64,000 bases of DNA from NCBI GenBank assembly GCA_951406725.2, contig OX597822.1, positions 90,334,001 through 90,398,000 of the forward strand, given 5' to 3'. The notes beneath the pieces were generated by a model. It was given only the letters and a program-made list of their open reading frames with translations, searched no databases and was not told the DNA's origin. This document shows, piece by piece, positions 53,570 to 64,000 of this stretch. This DNA is from Octopus vulgaris. Lineage: Eukaryota. A program made the position numbers and the translations under genes. How positions within the stretch are numbered: position 1 is the first letter of the stretch; every line of letters begins with the position of its first letter.

Positions 53570-54012
53570 TGAAGACGTCAGAACTGGAAGTAATTTTAGA
53601 TTGATAAATTCTGATGTCTTTTTTATATAGGTAGTTCATCTCAGTTGTCCAAAAGAATATCTAATCATTACACCACCTTTAGGCATATCTATGAATGTAA
53701 TAATACTGGGCTTAGTATATTAATCTGGTATCTAAAAGGTCATAATAAACAATTTAATTTGGAATGGAATATTCTCTCTATATCCTTATCATATGATAAA
53801 GATAAATATTTTTTGTTCACTTTGTAACAGTGAAATGTACTGTGTCCTGTTCTCAGAGAATCTCCTAAAGACGTTTATAGGACGTGCTTATCGTTGCAAA
53901 CATTGGCAGAAATCACTTATAGTAACTAAAATTCCTATAAGTGATTTCTACCATTCTATAAAATTCGACCTTTGACTGTCTTCTTTCATTAAATATATCT
54001 ACTTCCATGCCT
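53570..54012 (+). mobile_element. Penelope-like GIY-YIG endonuclease fragment (a different family from 38-39 kb)
   Basis: FYIGSSSQLSKRISNHYTTF..GLSILIWYLK..EWNIL..CSLCNSE..RCKH. Confidence 0.7.
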
Positions 54013-54016
54013 TTAA

Positions 54017-56035
54017 CCCTTTTGTTACTATATTTCTGACCAAAATACACCCCTCATGAGTTTCAATTAAATTCTAAAATAATCATGAATTTAGACTAGT
54101 TTCATTAAACAACTGTAAGTTTTTTACTTATCAACATATTAATGTGATATTTGGAACATAATTGAAGAAAGGGTTCTTAATCAATTCTGTTGCATAATTT
54201 TTGTCTCAAAATGACTCTAATTCCAGGTAAATCTAGGTAAACTGAGCAAAATGTAAAAATATTTAAATTTTGTTTAAACATTACCATAAAAAATGAGTCA
54301 TCAGCTAATATTCAATTGGGTGTGCAACAAAATTTTGATATAGAAGAGAATTGTGCACATCACTAAATTATCAGTTGAATTTAATGCACAGAAGAACAGG
54401 TGTACCATAAAGGTAAAATAAACTGAAATACTGGAATTTGTTTTTGAAGAAAACTAGAAAATTAAATACATCAACTAAATGAAATATACTCACACATACA
54501 TGAATACACAGGAACATGTATAACAGAGATACACAATAGAAATTAAATCAAAACTTGTCACTCACCTTACAAGGAAATTAAAATTACAGGTTAATTAAAA
54601 TAAAAAGTTAAAGGAAGTAAATTTGAAAAATATTTATACAATCTAATTATACATATGTACAATATTCATACAATATTTCCATCATGGGAAGTTGTAAAAC
54701 ATCCCACTCTACGTACTGCAACCTTGCAGAATGCACATTGGAAAGATGTTTCAACTGGCCATCCACTGGGAGTTTGTCTTTGTTGATGTAGATATTCATG
54801 GCACTGCCTTTTGTGACCCCCAATTTTTTCTAATTTATGTAGATCAGCTAAACTCAGAGGTATATCTTTCTAGCAGGCTTTGCTTTTCCTTCCTGCAGTT
54901 ATTTTTTTGGAGGAATAACCTGCTCTCAACTGCATTGCTACATCTGCTTGGAACTGCAAATGGTTACACCGCTTGCAAGTCCCTCCTGATTTGGTATATA
55001 ATATAAATGCATTTACAATGCTCATGTTTACTACCAAACAAGGTATCGCCACCATTTATTACCCAGCCTGCCAACCAGATAATAACTCATCACCTGGTTC
55101 AGCTGATCCACACTGCCCATATACCTGTTATAATCAAGGTTCGCAAACGGGGTGCCATTTTCCTCTACACATGGTTGTGCACTGGTAGATAGAAAATTTA
55201 TCTGCCTCTTATCTCTATGTGATCGCTAGCAGATTTCCTTTCTGTTGTTGGATTATTTCACCCCTTGTTTTAAATTTTGCCTTTTTTATATCTAACAGCA
55301 GCACTTTTCTACTAGCAATTACTGTAGCACATGTATACGTTGTCACAGCTTCTAAATCCACCGCAAGTTTGACCAAACTAAAAAATTGGTCAAAAAATAA
55401 CATTCAGCCCTGATTATGGTATGGGAGGGATAAATTCCAGACCATATCGTACCCTAGGCCGTACTAACATTATTGTGTCTTTTTCCTGTATAAAAACTAA
55501 ATCCACAGCAGTACCCAGTATTTGCTTCACAAATTTTCCAAACTTTGATCCCCCATTTTGTGGGCTTTCCTGGCATATACTGTCAGAAGCGTACCCTTCC
55601 TTTATACCCTACCATGGCCTCATCAACAGATAAGTATTTCTCAGGGTTGTAAAATGTTTTATATCCATTATGAATGCAGTCAATGAGAGGTCTTATTTTA
55701 AATAAGGGATCAAAGTTTGGTTCTCCATGTGTTGGGGTACTGCTGGTGTCTCTCACATGTAAATATTGGTTTAGTTTCACAAATCGTATTCAGATCATAA
55801 TACTAGAAACATACTGATCGCCAAAAGGTTCCTGATTGCTCCAGTAATTTGTAATCCTGGATAACTGTCTAATACCCATAATAATATTTATGGCAAAAAA
55901 TGCCAGTATTTCTTCTACGGTTGTGGGAAACCACAAGCTGTCTCTTTTTCCAGCTTGTTTACATTCTCTGTAACGGTTTCTTTCCATAGTGATCGCTTTA
56001 AACAAGCATACTGGAAAAAATAAGTCATAATGTAT
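54017..56035 (-). mobile_element. Decayed piggyBac transposon, 3' portion
   Basis: TTAA at 54013-54016 plus TIR cccttttgttac; DPLFKIRPLID, LSVDEAMVGYKGR and SIVNAFILY; Cys-rich C-terminus. Confidence 0.92.
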
Positions 56036-56071
56036 TGTTAAAATGTCTTATTGATGTGTTTGGTTTCTTTC

Positions 56072-56157
56072 TTTCCCTGATGAGAAGATTGCATTGTTTT
56101 ACACCATTTTATTCTTTCTGGAATAATACCAATGTTTTCTTCGAAACGTGTTGGAAG
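56072..56157 (+). ncRNA. Type I hammerhead ribozyme motif with an extended stem II
   Basis: tttcc CTGATGA gaaga tt gcattg...caatgt tt tcttc GAAA cgt GTT ggaag; intact core, G10.1-C11.1 pair and all stems pair. Confidence 0.8.
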
Positions 56158-56399
56158 TAGAAAGATTTGAATAACACCTGCATTTAGAAGAAAAAAAGTG
56201 GGATTAAAAAATCCAGGCTGATATCAATAAAGACGTTGAATTTAATGAAATATGTTAATATATTTATTGGAAAGATTATTTTCAATGATATTTTCTATAT
56301 CTAAATAGGTTAGTAAAACAGAAACGAGTGTTGACTTTGTGAGTTGAATTCTTTAATTTAAGGCATGATACACAACTTGTTATATATATATATATATAT

Positions 56400-56670
56400 G
56401 TGCCTTGTGAGTGGATTTGGAAACTGAAAGAAGCCTGTTGTATATATATATATATATGTGTGTTTGTGTTTGTCCCCCTAGCATTGCTTGACAACCGATG
56501 CTGGTGTGTTTATGTCCCCGTCACTTAGCAGTTCGGCAAAAGAGTCTGATAGAATAAGTACTGGGCTTACAAAGAATAAGTCTCAGGGTCAATTTGCTCG
56601 ACTAAAGGCGGTGCTCCAGCATGGCCGCAGTCAAATGACTGAAACAAGTAAAAGAGTAAAAAGAGTATAA
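56400..56670 (+). mobile_element. SINE family A, 5'-truncated
   Basis: gccttgtgagtggatttgg...cagcatggccgcagtcaaatgactgaaacaagtaaaagag. Confidence 0.9.
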
Positions 56671-56674
56671 ACTC

Positions 56675-57831
56675 GCAGTGAACACACCTTGCTTTTTTAT
56701 ATGGACAATCTTTTTCCCGGTGCATCCTACCACATGCCATACATGGGTCTATATCCTAAATTTTTTTCTGTTTTTCTTGCAACACTATTTGTTTTCCAAC
56801 TTTTTTGCACTGGTCTTATATGAAAATACACTTTCCATTGATTTTCTTCAATGTCAAATGCTGGTTCTCATTTCCAGTTTTGTTATAATTTTCATTCAGA
56901 TTTTTGCATCCCTTTTATCTGTCAATCATTGTGTAAAAATCAAACACTTGAAAGAATCTGGAGTAAGTATATCCAGCCTAAATCTCTCACATTCTTTATT
57001 GACTCTGCCTGTGTAAGTAGTGAAATCTTCATCTTCACTCTTTTCTATGTTTAAACATTTTCATCTGGTATTAAACAGTGACCTCTTTTCACTAAACATT
57101 GTGATGATGTACTAATGTATGTCACTGTGTTGGTGAAATTTGTCGAATGCTTTTTTTTGGCAGAATGAAGTTACTATACTTTTCATGCTCAGCTGTTGTT
57201 AGTTTTCTTAAACTAGATGTGCTTTCATTTTGTCCGTCCTATCCTGACATTCAAAAATTTGTTCAAATCTTCGAAAGTAAGCCTCAAAGGTTACTCCTTC
57301 TTTAGGATCATATTTGAATTCACTTATGGAATTTGCTACATGGTCAGGTGAAAATGTATTCTCTCGTTTGGTTATCATCTTCATTAGTTGTAATTTGGTT
57401 ATCATCTTCATTAGTTGTAACATTTTCTGCTGCAATCCTTGTTGTTCTTACATAAATTAGTTTAAACTTTCCGTGTGAATGTTTTTTTTTTCAGTCTGTA
57501 TAAATTTGTTTTTCCTCATTGTCACTGTTGTAAAGTGGGTTCTTCCCATTGGCATGATGTGTGATTGTTGTTGTACTGTAGTTACTGTTTTACACTAGTA
57601 CCCACAATAGTTACTAGTCATTGGATACCATTGTATCTCTTTGTACCAGAATAGTAATACACTAACTTCTTCCATTTTACTATCACTGATAGCTCCACAA
57701 GACACTGATTAGAACTGTCAACTCTCAACTCTTTGACTTCTGACCCTCACTTGACAACCGGCTACTGGTCTATTTATAATGGCTGGCACCTACCACTTTT
57801 TACTGGAAGGGGCATACAGTTTCACTATACA
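56675..57831 (-). mobile_element. Gypsy-type LTR retrotransposon 5' part: LTR 57529-57831, PBS-like site and decayed gag
   Basis: LTR ends tgtaaagtg / cactataca (8/9 inverted); TATAAATA on - at ~57771-57778; gag FKYDPKEGVTFEAYFRRFEQIF; knuckle remnant CGRMHREKDCP. Confidence 0.8.
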
Positions 57832-57839
57832 ACAAAAAC

Positions 57840-58937
57840 AGAATGATTCTCCGCAGACTCAATAAAATATGCTTCAACGCATGAATTCACATAAAAAATC
57901 TTGCAAACCAAATACAAAAACGAAATTCATATATTGTTTATGTAAAAAGCCACAAGGTACCTCCACCACCAAAGGACTATGACCACTTGAAATTTCAGAT
58001 TGACATCGCAACTCAGTTATGTGAAGGCTTTTCTTCTAGAAAGCACAGAACTGGGAGAAAAGCAAAATAAACTGAAGTGGATGTCAACAGAGAAAATATT
58101 GACTTTCATCAAGTCAAAAAGATAAATGGAAGGAAAAAAAAGTTTGCTGTGTATTTGCTGCAAAAAAGAAAAACTCTGAAAGAATATCAGGTTGAGACCT
58201 CATATATTTGTTTGTTTTGCAAAGTGCCCTTGTGTAAAGTGTGCTTTGGACAGTTTCACGATAGAAATATAGCATAACTATATTTTGTTGTTTGATAGTA
58301 ATACTATCATATATTCCTTTCATTTTATTACAAATATGTTAAAGTGAGAAATAAATATTAATTTTCAGTATGTTACACATCTGTATTCACCTTTGTCTCA
58401 CTTGTTAATGAGCTTTTTTTTTTTTTAGTTACGTTCGGTTATGTAAACATATTCATTAAATTGTATAAGAGTACATAGCCAATGGTATATTGACTAGTAA
58501 AAGAGTTTTGTACTTTATTTTCAATGAAAATATTTAAATATAGAGAAAGAAAGAATCTTGTACCGATTATACCTGTATTTTAATTAATTCAAATTAACAT
58601 ACTTCATCTTGAAAAGTGGCAAAATTGTTGGTGGTTGACATCTAGGATAGTTTTAGTAACAATTCAAATAGGTAAGATGCATTAAAAATTTCAATTTTAG
58701 TGTTTATGCATCATGTTATTACTTTTACACCTGTTAATTAAATTTACCTGCCCATAAAGTTCAAATTTTATCAGGAAGATCAGCTAAAATTACATAACTA
58801 TAAACCACCGGTATATAAGCACCTACTGACGAAATTTCAAATCAGTATGTAAAAAATTAAGGAAGTTATAAGAATAATTCAAAATATTATGAACAAATAA
58901 GCCTTACATTTGACAGATTAATCTGAACACTAAAGAG
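57840..58937 (+). mobile_element. 3' part of a second piggyBac family
   Basis: HLKFQIDIATQL and ETSYICLFCKVPLCKVCFGQFH; ends ctgaacactaaagag|TTAA (58938-58941). Confidence 0.8.
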
Positions 58938-59597
58938 TTAAGGCATTCATTTCTATAAGCACTATGTTTTATGAGTGGGAATGTTAACAAGTTTCTCTGT
59001 AGGAAGCTTTTTTGTTTTTGTAATGTATAGCTTTAGAGTTGATATTCCGAAAAGTAAAGTAATGTACCAAATCTAGGTTTGGTGTTGAATAGAAGCTTCC
59101 AATAGTTGTGGAACTAATTGTAATGCTGTAAGAATCCACCCGGTAGTTCAGCAAAACTTCAATCATGTTGCTGTAGTTTCTGTATCTTCTTGTATCATTT
59201 TGTTGATTAGAAGCTGTCCTATACAACTGTGTACTTTCTTCTCGTTTAAGTGTTATATTGGTGGCCCAATGATCCTATAAGAATAGACTGAAGCGTCCGT
59301 GTACCTTTTATATTTGATATCTGGTGGTAAGCTTTGACTTGGATAGTTTAACTGGGATTTTTTATTCTTTTAATGAGTTGATAACTATTTAGGTAGATCT
59401 AACATATCTCTGATGTTATCAAATTTTTGTGATGGTATCAAATTTTGATGAAAGAAGACGGAATCTTTTAGTCTTTCCTTTTTAAGATCTGGATTATATT
59501 TATATGTACATATAAGTATGTCTGCATGCATATTTGTTTACAGATACATCCATACATATGTATGTATATATTTGTGTATAATTTATATATTAATATG

Positions 59598-59930
59598 AAT
59601 GGCTGTGTGGTTAAAAAGTTGAAATCACAACAATGTCTCAGGTTTGATTTCACTATTTAGTACTTTGGGCAAATGTCTTTTTCTTTGGTCTCAAGTTGTC
59701 TAATACCTTGAGTGAAATTAGGAGACAAAAACTATGTGAGTGTATTACCATGTGTCTTTACATTCACATCATTAAGCAGCATTCACATGTATGCCCACCC
59801 CATAAACAAATTGTTCACCAGTGGTTTGGTGTGTAAAATTGTGGGGTAAAGTAACTGACTTAAAACAAGTGATAGCATCAGGAAGAGCAGCTTTTCCCAT
59901 GCTAGCATTGAAAAAGTGGGTGTAATGATG
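59598..59930 (+). mobile_element. Old SINE with a family A-like head
   Basis: atggctgtgtggttaaaaag..ggtttgatttc..tttgggcaaatgtctt. Confidence 0.65.
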
Positions 59931-60049
59931 GTTATTATTATTATTATTATTTGAAGCCTTCTGTTGAAGGAAGAAGCTGGTTTTTAGCCAAGTAGAAAAG
60001 CTCCATTGCTGCAGTCTTGATAACAACAATAAGTTACATGTTGAATGTT

Positions 60050-62330
60050 TTGCACATTTTTATTGTTCTACTTAAAGTTTGTAATTTGCAAATGGTGTGT
60101 TGGCTGACCTCTTTCTTTGTCTGAAAATCTCAGCTTTATGAGATTGCTTATAGTTATGGATTATAAATGTGAATCTGGGTGTGTTTCTAAACAATTATAA
60201 AGATTCTCTTCCTCAATAATTTCAAAAGTAATGTTCACATAAAGGCAGTTGATCTCTATGACTGTACATAATTTCTCTTTTCAGTCTTAAACAATTGTGT
60301 CAAGCCTGTTATGGTTGTGTTTAGCATTTTGTTGGGAAACCATTATACCTTGTGTTGACATGTATGTAATATATTCAACAACAGATGTATTCATAGGAAA
60401 TATTCCCAGGGCAATCTTTTCTATGTTGTTTCAGCAACACTATTATGCTTCTTTTAATAGTAATAACTTAATGACATTTTTGGTCATTTGCTAATAACTT
60501 TTCCAGAAATGTTACTTAATAGACATTTTTGTTTCCATCTTTGGTGTTTAAGATCTTTACTGTCACAGTTTGTCCATCAGGTATTTTGTAGCTTTCTTGT
60601 ACTTTTAGATTGCAAAAGTATAACCTTTGTATGTGACACTACGTAATAGATTACTATTTCATTGGAATATTATACTACTATTCCTTGTTTTTAAAGTAGT
60701 GAATACATTCTGGTTCTGGAAAGCTTTGTAAATGGTCTTGGCAATAATGTCCTAATATTTATTTTTCACATTGGCATGGCATAATCAATGTTCTGTCACA
60801 ACATGGAAGTTTGCAGACATTCCTATCTTTCTTCGTGATCAAGTGTATAATAGCTAACTCCTGTTCCTAAACAACAAATGTGTGTCCATGTAGATGGGAT
60901 GTAATGTGTCTATCATAGGTCCAGGAGAAGCTACTCTTTCTGTTAATGTTGTTGGTATCCTTCACCTACTTTCAAGATATTACTTTTCTCTATTGCATAC
61001 TCATGATGTACTTATTTCTCCTTTTACTGTTCAATAGGTGTTGTCTTAGTGATATGATGGAGCACTCAAAGATCATTTGGATTGACCTTATGCTTAACAT
61101 AGATCCTGTCAGTATCACAGTTCGTATGGATGTTACCAGTTGGTGGTTAGTATCTTCTTAGTCTTTATGTCCAAGTTACGGATCTTTTCAAGTATCCGGT
61201 CTAGTATCCTAAGTGTTGCTTTTAACAACGACACTGCAAAAGCATTTTGGGATATGGTTTTATTGAATGTGGACAACTCTGACTGCTATATCTTCTAAAG
61301 TCTGCTGAGTATTCGTTTGTCTTGCTAGCTTTACTTAAAGCACCATTGAACACAATGTTCTCATCAATTCTGAGATATTTGTAACATTCATCATTGGCAT
61401 TTGTAATGTTGTTGTTCTTCACGACTATAAATCCTTTATCATCAGGGCTAGCAAGGGATTCACTACTACCAGGATAAACAAGATGCAAATAAATTGTCAC
61501 ACTGGACATTTCTGTTCTCTTTGTGACTATAGTTGTCTTTGTGACTATAGTAATAGCTTCAGTTCTTATTGGTAGCTCATGAATCATATTGAATCATATT
61601 GTAGTCGGTCTTTTAATGACACCAATTACAGGAACTTTACAAAGTACAATTATTCTAGTATCCACGAGTGAGGTTCAGTCAAACACCTTATGGTCCAGCT
61701 TTAAAGTATTTAAGTACAACTTTATTGATGAGAAGCAATCTAAGACTCAGCTTTTCTCCAGACTCTTTGTTTCACAGTGATTTTAAAGAAACACATTCAA
61801 GCAACCTGTATAGAGTTTATATATACCTTCTAAGCATGTTATGGGCGTGTAGTTCACAACCACTTAATTGAATTTTAAGCATGAGCAATACTTTCTTAAT
61901 AACATAATAGCATCTCCCTACTCAAGTAAAATCATTAGTGAGCTCCATATATATACAATCACAAATGAGTGTGTTTATATTATGGAAAAAGAAGTTGAAG
62001 TTCTACAAAGACCCAAAATATTGGAAAAAATTCTGTTCTGCTTCAACTTCATACACTAGGTGCTTTCATAAATAGGAATGTTTTATCTGCTGTTTAAAAT
62101 AACTTTACCCAATTGAAGGTACATCTGATTTTTATATTAGGTTGTCTAAATATGGAAACAAAACTTTCTCTACAACTTGATGGTCCGTCTCTCCAGTACA
62201 ATTACCAAAATGTAATGACCTATCTAGTGGTCACCCACTGTACAGAGGCCATTTTAAAAATATTTCCAGAGCCCACCCATTCACTCACTATAGGGATGAA
62301 AACGTAAACATTTAGTGAAATTAAAAATAG
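60050..62330 (-). mobile_element. Heavily decayed R4/Dong-like (RLE-type) non-LTR retrotransposon
   Basis: LLLINK, LDHKVFD, CYKYLRIDE..NEY, IISLRQHL, HNRLD and CTVIEINC (a PD-(D/E)xK-like remnant), spread over shifting frames. Confidence 0.6.
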
Positions 62331-63436
62331 ATTTGGTACTTCCAACAAGATCACTGGTTAAACATTGAGGAAAAAAATTGGAAAAAAATGTCAAAAACAT
62401 ACTTTGCAGCAAATATTAACCAAGCACAACTTTTTGAAGAATATAACATGTAACTTGCAAAACAAATTTCAGCATATATGTGAAAAGACATTCAGTTTGC
62501 ACACCATACAGTGAGATGGTACAGTGTGTGGTGAATTGCCTACAGCAGCAACAGACAGAAGAATAACCACAGCAGCCAGCAAAACTCACCCATGTTGGCT
62601 TCTATCTCACCAATTGATAGTGCCTCTACTGATCTTTTCTCCTCTACCCATCTTCAACCATTTGTCATTTCAGCAGCTGCAGTAGTAGCTACTACTACTG
62701 TTTCTACTGCTGTTGCCATCATTAGTGTCTTGCAGTTTTTAGAAGTCCCATTCTTTTCTTTCTTTTGGTGATAGGTGTACTTTGTTCCTGTTCTAATGTA
62801 GTTCTCTTTTATGATATAGAAGGTTCCCTCCTTTATTTTTTATTTATTTATTTGGTGGTATGTGCCTGGTTTAACACCACCATCTGATACTAGGGTACCA
62901 TTTGCAGCTTTTGCAAGCATTTGGTCCAGGTTTCCTGCTTAGATATTTTCATGTCAATTCATGCAGTATCCTATGATGGCCAATTTTCCAACTCTTCTAC
63001 AACATCCAAAGACTCCTGTCTAACCTAGATCCCACTTATCATCTCTCATTAACATGCAAACCAAACATCCTATTTTTTTCTGGATCACAAATTTCTTAAC
63101 CCCTATCTACAACTCATCTCTGTTATCTAGGCTACACTGTTTTCAAATTTTACTTCAAAAGGTATGACCTTTGCATATGCAAATTCCACTTTCACTGTTT
63201 CATCTCTCCCATCTGGATTTCAGCCTCAAAGATCTCCAAATACATTCACTCACTTTATTGTTCCTTTATTTTCTCTGACCACCAGTAATTTGTTGACCCT
63301 GCATTGAAAACTTCTACTATACCTTTCTTTTCCCCCCAAATCATTTCCTTTGCTGACAACTCATCATAGCTCTCACAGTCATTCCACACCAATACCACTA
63401 GTGCAAAACTAAATTCTTTACTCTTCAACTCTTGTG

Positions 63437-63570
63437 AAGGTGCGTGGCCTAGTGATTTGGATGCTGCACTCACGATTGTCAGATCACAGGTTTGATTTCT
63501 GCACTGGATGGTGTATTGTGTTCTTGAGCAAAACTCCTCACATTGGCCTCATGCTGTGTGGGGACTAGCA
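63437..63570 (+). mobile_element. Old tRNA-derived SINE head
   Basis: gtggcctagtg A-box-like, ggtttgatttc B-box-like, then ttcttgagcaaaact. Confidence 0.6.
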
Positions 63571-64000
63571 TGTCAAAAAATAGATCTAATGTTTCTTCTG
63601 CATATCATAAAAGACTTGAGTTTTTGGCACATTTCTAGTAGGTTTAGAACGAAATAAACCCTGAGATTTTGGAATGTGATATTGTTTCAATAAGATTTTA
63701 ATGGACTATTAAAAATGGCAAGTTTTGGATCAGGATGGCTACATAAGTTGGATTTTCTCTTTTTGACAGGGATTTTTCCCTTTTTTTTTTACTACAGCCT
63801 TGGAAATGATGGGGGTAAGCTTTTTATGGAAAAAAAAAATGTTGAAAAATTTATGATTTTTTTTCTACCTCTCTTCCCTTCACCCCCATCCAAACCGATT
63901 TGCCCCCCCTTTTTTTTTTTGCACTATGCACTTAAAAACAATGCAAGAAACCTTTTTAGTTAAAAAAAAATTCAAACGAAAATGTGTATGATTTGAGGAA

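Noticed and set aside
58980-59460. Possible non-LTR C-terminal fragment (IGSLG-like)
   Set aside because: It is too decayed to assign. The same applies to 11380-11935, 51300-52070, 52500-53050 and 62760-63430.

Overview
This is an AT-rich, repeat-saturated animal genomic window. The SINE/LINE families and the multi-kb (TA)n-derived arrays suggest an octopus or other coleoid cephalopod, but that is an inference. Nearly all recognisable coding sequence is decayed transposon: RTE, L1/Tx1, CR1-like, R4/Dong-like and Penelope-like retroelements, Gypsy LTR remnants, mariner, piggyBac, Chapaev3-like and Helitron-like DNA elements, and many tRNA-derived SINEs. The only plausible host gene is on the + strand, with a CpG-enriched start near 19.0 kb, a first exon ending at 19106 and a 61-bp in-frame second exon at 32812-32872. 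The long Y/I/H/C ORFs are microsatellite artefacts. The most interesting signals are four minimal type I hammerhead-ribozyme motifs. One lies in a TSD-flanked, tRNA-headed SINE-like insertion with a perfect 36-bp palindrome, a candidate Penelope-mobilised ribozyme-bearing SINE. Also notable are a Penelope element with a near-exact twin-priming-type 5' inversion, a covarying 3' hairpin shared by CR1 LINEs and SINEs, and a ~14-kb microsatellite holding about ten separate retro-insertions.
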